A stretch of 64,000 nucleotides of DNA from Hydrogenophaga sp. (GTDB lineage Bacteria > Pseudomonadota > Gammaproteobacteria > Burkholderiales > Burkholderiaceae_C). A model generated the notes under the pieces. It did no database searches. It was given only the letters and a program-made list of their open reading frames with translations, and had not been told where the DNA came from. The stretch lies in NCBI GenBank assembly GCA_030696525.1, contig JAUYSB010000187.1, forward strand, positions 290 to 64,289. Reading direction: 5' to 3'. Made by a program: the position numbers and the translations under genes. Below are positions 59,540-64,000 of the stretch, one piece after another (position 1 is the first letter of the stretch; each line of letters opens with the position of its first letter).

Positions 59540-61015
59540 TCAAGCGCATTTCAGCGCCTCCAGCACGCCTGCATCGAAGTGCGCCTCAATGAAGTCGGCC
59601 AGGCCGTCGAACACGCTGTCCAGCGTCGGCACGCTGGCGCCGAAGAGGGCGCGCAGCACCCTGGCGTCTTCGAACAGGCCGTGTTGGTAGATGCCCAGCA
59701 CGTTGCCGTGCCCGTTCTGCCAGGCCAGGGCGGGCACCACGGTGTGGGCCAGGTCGCCGGCCGCGGCCATGGCGGGGTGTTGCACGGTCTGGCCGTGGTG
59801 GATTTCGTAGCCGCTCAGGGTCACGCCCTGCAGCGCGCTCCAGGCGCCGCGCACCTCGCCCAGCGTGGTGTGGCTGGGGCGCACGGTTTTCTGTTGTTCG
59901 AACTGCGTGACCAGGGGCAGCAGCCCCAAGCCGGGTGCGTTGCCGTCGATCTGGTGCGGGTCCAGCAGTGCCTCGCCCAGCATCTGCAGGCCGCCGCAGA
60001 TGCCCAGCACGCGTCCGCCCGCTGCGGCGTGGGCGGCCACGGCCTGGTCCAGGCCTTGCGCGCGCAGCCAGGCCAGATCGGCGCTGGTGTGTTTGGAGCC
60101 CGGCAGCACGATCCAGTCGGCCCCGGCGCAGTCGGCCGGTGTGCGCGCCCAGCGCAGGCGCACGCCGGGCACGTTCTTGAGCGGCTGGAATTCGTCGAGG
60201 TTGCTGATGCGCGGGTAGGCAATCACCGCCACGGTGGTGTGCACCACGCCACTGGCGCGGGTGCGGTCGTCAAACACGCCGTCTTCTTCTGGCAGGCCAT
60301 GCTGCCACCACATGGGCAGGGTGGCCACGGTGGGCACGCCGGTGAGGTCTTGCAACATCTGCGGTGCCGGCGCCAGCAAGGCCGCATCGCCACGAAAGCG
60401 GTTGAGCACGAAGCCGTGGATGAGCGCGCGTTCCTCGGGCGGCAGCAGGGCCCAGGTTCCGTACAGGTGGGCGAAGGCGCCGCCGCGGTCGATGTCGGTG
60501 ACCAACAGGCTGCGGGCCTGGGCGTGGCGGGCCACGCGCATGTTGACGATGTCGCTGGCGTGCAGGTTGATCTCGGCTGGCGAGCCCGCGCCTTCGATCA
60601 CCACCACGTCGTTCTCGGCGCGCAGGGCATCGAGCGCGGCGGTGATGTGGGGCCACACATGCTCGCTGCGGCCGCGCCACGGCATGTCGCTGAGCGCGCG
60701 GCTGACCTCGCCCATCAGCACCACCTGGCTGCGGGTGTCGGCCTCGGGCTTGAGCAGCAGTGGGTTCATGCGCACCTCGGGCGCGGCGCGCGCGGCCAGG
60801 GCCTGGAAGTACTGGGCGCTGCCGATCTCGCCAAAGCCGCCATCGGGTGTGGCCACCACCCGCGCGTTGTTGCTCATGTTCTGCGCCTTGAAGGGCGCCA
60901 CGCGCAGGCCTTGGCGGGCGTAGTGGCGGCACAGTGCGGTGGCGAGCCAGCTTTTGCCGGCGCCGCTGGTGGTGCCCAGCACCATCACGCAGCGGGCCCA
61001 TCTTGGTTGGTTCAT
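59540..61015 (-). CDS. cobQ: Cobyric acid synthase
   Basis: GTTSGAGKS, PFKAQNMSNN, EGAGSPAEINL, GICGGLQMLG, GYEIH. Confidence 0.95.
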   Translation of the reverse strand: MNQPRWARCVMVLGTTSGAGKSWLATALCRHYARQGLRVAPFKAQNMSNNARVVATPDGGFGEIGSAQYFQALAARAAPEVRMNPLLLKPEADTRSQVVLMGEVSRALSDMPWRGRSEHVWPHITAALDALRAENDVVVIEGAGSPAEINLHASDIVNMRVARHAQARSLLVTDIDRGGAFAHLYGTWALLPPEERALIHGFVLNRFRGDAALLAPAPQMLQDLTGVPTVATLPMWWQHGLPEEDGVFDDRTRASGVVHTTVAVIAYPRISNLDEFQPLKNVPGVRLRWARTPADCAGADWIVLPGSKHTSADLAWLRAQGLDQAVAAHAAAGGRVLGICGGLQMLGEALLDPHQIDGNAPGLGLLPLVTQFEQQKTVRPSHTTLGEVRGAWSALQGVTLSGYEIHHGQTVQHPAMAAAGDLAHTVVPALAWQNGHGNVLGIYQHGLFEDARVLRALFGASVPTLDSVFDGLADFIEAHFDAGVLEALKCA

Positions 61016-61023
61016 GGTGTCGG

Positions 61024-61815
61024 TCAGCGTGGCAGGGCCACCCATTGGCTGTTCAGCGGGTGGATGGCGATGCGGTGCTCGAACACCGCTTCCAGTTGGC
61101 GGTGTGCGCTGGGGTCGGCACAGGGGCCGGCGTGTTCGACGCGGCCCTGGCGCATCACCACCAGGTCGTCGGCCATCAGCGCGATCGAAATTTCGTGCAG
61201 CACGCTGACCACCGTTTTGCCCTCGGCCACCAGGGCGCGCACCAGCGCGATCCAGTCGGCCTGGTGTGGCGGGTCCAGGTTGGCCAGGGGCTCGTCCATC
61301 AGCATCACGGGGGCTTGCACCGCCAGCAGGCGCGCCAGCAGCACGCGCTGGCGCTCGCCGCCCGAGAGCGCGCCCAGCGGGCGGGCGCGCCAATCCCAGG
61401 CCTGGGTCTGGCGCAGGGCGGCTTCCACGGCGGCATGGTCGGCGGCGCTGGGTGGGGCCAGCCAGGTCTGGTGGGGCAGACGGCCCAGCAGGGCGACGTC
61501 GAGGACCGTGAGGTCGTCGGCGCTGGCCTCGCCGGCACCGCTCTGGGCCAGCCAGGCCAGGGCGCGGGCCCGCTCGCGCGGGCTGAAAGTGGCCAGCGGC
61601 CGGCCCTGCAGCATCACCTCACCGGTGTTGGGCAGGAGTTGGGCCAGCGCCCGCAAGAGGGTGGACTTGCCGGCGCCGTTGGGGCCGACGATGGCCGTCC
61701 AGGCGCCGGCGCGCAGCGCCAGGTTCAGGTCGGCCAGCACCGGGCGGCGGGTGCTGCCGTGGCCCAGGCTGACCGAGAGATCGCGGGCCTGCAAGGCGGT
61801 GGTGTGGGTGGTCAC
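61024..61815 (-). CDS. Cobalamin/Fe-siderophore ABC transporter ATPase (BtuD-like)
   Basis: GPNGAGKST, LSGGERQR, MDEP, VLH. Confidence 0.9.
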   Translation of the reverse strand: MTTHTTALQARDLSVSLGHGSTRRPVLADLNLALRAGAWTAIVGPNGAGKSTLLRALAQLLPNTGEVMLQGRPLATFSPRERARALAWLAQSGAGEASADDLTVLDVALLGRLPHQTWLAPPSAADHAAVEAALRQTQAWDWRARPLGALSGGERQRVLLARLLAVQAPVMLMDEPLANLDPPHQADWIALVRALVAEGKTVVSVLHEISIALMADDLVVMRQGRVEHAGPCADPSAHRQLEAVFEHRIAIHPLNSQWVALPR

Positions 61816-61819
61816 GGTC

Positions 61820-62815
61820 TCAACCCACCCGCCGGTGCATCAGCCACAACAGGTAGCCGCCGCCCAGCACGGCGGTGAGCACGCCCACCGGCAGCTCCTG
61901 CGGCGCCAGCAGCCCACGCGCCAGGGTGTCGGCCAGCATCAGCAGCACGCCGCCCATCAGGCTGGACAGCAGCAGCAGCCAGGCGTGTGTGGTTTTGATG
62001 GCGCCGCGCACCAGGTGCGGCGCGGCCAGGCCCACAAAGGCGATCAGCCCGGTCTGGGCCACGGCGGTGCCGGTGGCCAGGGCCAGCACGGCCACCAGGG
62101 CGGCGCGCAGCGGCACCAGCGGCAGGCCCAGGCTCAGCGCGGTGGACTCGCCCAGGGCCAGGCCGTCCAGCGCCCGCGCCAGCGCCCAGGCCAGCAGCAG
62201 GCACAGCAGGCCGATGCCGCCCATGAGGGTGTTGCCGGCCCAGCCCACGGTGGCGGTGGTGCCCAGCATGAAGGCCTGCATGGCGGCCAGGGTTTCGGGC
62301 GCGGTGAGTGTGACCAGCGAGGTCAGCGCCCCCAGCACCACGCCCACCACCACACCGGCCAGCAGCAGGCGCAACGTGTGTTGCACACCCCGCGCCAGGG
62401 CCAGCGTGAGCAGCACGGCCAGCACCGCACCCGCAAAGGCGGCACCGGTGAGGCCCAGGCGCAGCAGCCACTGGCTGGCAAAAGGCGACACGCCCCAGCT
62501 GGCCAGCGCCAGCGCCACGCCCAGCGAGGCGCCCGAAGCGCTGCCGAGCAAAAACGGATCGGCCAGCGGGTTGCGGAACAGGCCTTGCGCCACTGCGCCG
62601 GCCAGGCCCAGCAAGGCACCGGCACAGAAGGCGGCCACGGTGCGTGGTGCGCGGATGTCCCACACAATTTGCGCGGCCACCGGGTCGGCCAGCATGACCC
62701 AGACCGCCTCCAGCCCGGTGCTGCCCACGCCCAGGCCGGCCAGCGCGAGCACGCCGCCGCACAGGATGAGTGCCGCCACCAGCCAGAGCGGACGGCGCGT
62801 GCGGGCCGTGGTCAA
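61820..62815 (-). CDS. FecCD/BtuC-family ABC permease
   Basis: IRAPR, QGLFRNPLADP, LGE..A.SLG, GLIAFVGLAAPH, ELPVG; TTG start overlaps the upstream stop. Confidence 0.9.
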   Translation of the reverse strand: MTTARTRRPLWLVAALILCGGVLALAGLGVGSTGLEAVWVMLADPVAAQIVWDIRAPRTVAAFCAGALLGLAGAVAQGLFRNPLADPFLLGSASGASLGVALALASWGVSPFASQWLLRLGLTGAAFAGAVLAVLLTLALARGVQHTLRLLLAGVVVGVVLGALTSLVTLTAPETLAAMQAFMLGTTATVGWAGNTLMGGIGLLCLLLAWALARALDGLALGESTALSLGLPLVPLRAALVAVLALATGTAVAQTGLIAFVGLAAPHLVRGAIKTTHAWLLLLSSLMGGVLLMLADTLARGLLAPQELPVGVLTAVLGGGYLLWLMHRRVG

Positions 62816-63720
62816 GGCGCCCTCTCCTGCAGGCAGCGCGCCATCAGGCGGGCGCCTTCGGCCAGGCGCGGGCCGGCGCGCATGAGCACGTCGGATTCGG
62901 TGGTGCTGAACACGCAGCGGCGTTGTTCGCGCATCGCGCGCATGGCAGGCCAGCCGGGGCGCTGGTTCATTTCTGCCGCGGCCAGGGCGCCGACCATGAT
63001 CACGTCGGGATTGGCGCGCACCACAAATTCGGGGTTGAGTTTGGGAAACGGCCCCAGCCCGGCGGGCACGACATTGACCGCACCCAGGCGGCTGAGCGTC
63101 TCGCCAATGAAGGAGCCGGGGCCGGCCGCATACGGTCCGCTGTTGACCTCGTAATAGACACGCAGCCCTTTGGCCCGGGCCGGCAGCGCCTGCGCCACGG
63201 CCGTGACTTCGGCATCGATGCGTTGCCACACGGCCTGCGCCGCTGGCGGCGCCTGGCCCAGCAGCAGGGCCACCTGTTGCAGCACACGCGACACGTCGGC
63301 ATGGGTGCGCGGTTCCAGCGCAACGACCTTCAGGCCCAGGCCTTCGAGCTGCGCGATCACACGCGCCGATTGCGCCAGCAAGACCACATCGGGGCGCAGC
63401 GCCAACACCGCTTCCACGCTTGGGTCCAGCCCGCCGCCCAAGCGCGGCAGGTGGGCGATCTGCGCCGGCCAGTTGGTGTAGCGGTCCACCCCCACCAGGC
63501 GTTGGCACTGGCCCAGCTCGCACACCGTTTCGGCCAGCGAGGGCAACAGCGTGACGATGCGTTGGGGTGGCGCGTTCAGGTGCACGGTGACGCCCCGGTC
63601 GTCGGTGATCTGCAGGCCTGCCGCCTGGACGGCGGCGCACAGCAGCAAGGCGCAGAGGCCGGCCAGCCTCCGCCAGGTATCAGGCACGCGTTGCGCCGCA
63701 GGACAGGGGCGCGCAGGCAA
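62812..63720 (-). CDS. BtuF-like periplasmic binding protein
   Basis: DDRG...PQRIVTLLPSLAETVCELG, EAVLALRPD, RAGPRL; operonic with cobQ, so likely cobalamin/cobinamide. Confidence 0.88.
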   Translation of the reverse strand: MPARPCPAAQRVPDTWRRLAGLCALLLCAAVQAAGLQITDDRGVTVHLNAPPQRIVTLLPSLAETVCELGQCQRLVGVDRYTNWPAQIAHLPRLGGGLDPSVEAVLALRPDVVLLAQSARVIAQLEGLGLKVVALEPRTHADVSRVLQQVALLLGQAPPAAQAVWQRIDAEVTAVAQALPARAKGLRVYYEVNSGPYAAGPGSFIGETLSRLGAVNVVPAGLGPFPKLNPEFVVRANPDVIMVGALAAAEMNQRPGWPAMRAMREQRRCVFSTTESDVLMRAGPRLAEGARLMARCLQERAP

Positions 63721-63741
63721 GGGGTGGAGAGCTGGTCATGA

Positions 63742-64000
<259 letters not shown>

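Noticed and set aside
59579-63154. 1191-aa plus-strand ORF
   Set aside because: Antisense shadow of cobQ and the ABC transporter genes.

Overview
High-GC betaproteobacterial chromosome segment; gene content and order suggest Comamonadaceae (inference). About 1-21 kb is an accessory island, visibly more AT-rich over ~6.5-18 kb, with a decayed tyrosine integrase near its right end (18.1-18.35 kb). The island holds two modules. (A) Lon-like AAA ATPase (in-frame stop near the 5' end), output-less CHASE2 membrane sensor, DUF928-like secreted protein, exported caspase-family (C14) protease with Sel1 repeats, and an ECF sigma/anti-sigma pair. (B) A co-oriented, tightly spaced candidate immune operon: PGDYG protein, 2TM-RCK-RyR putative channel, membrane-anchored TIR receptor, patatin phospholipase, and a TIR-NACHT protein with 15 tandem 48-aa TPR-like repeats. 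Module B is the best candidate for an undescribed system. From ~21 kb the window is mostly housekeeping: a STAND-EAL signalling protein, miaA, chrA, gdhA, mutL, a relBE-type TA pair with an inactivated toxin, amiC-tsaE/queG, xerD, phhAB, sulP-usp with a candidate leader peptide, cobQ with a B12-type ABC importer, and the start of argB. No rRNA, tRNA or CRISPR array was seen. All calls come from motif recognition by eye; no searches were run.
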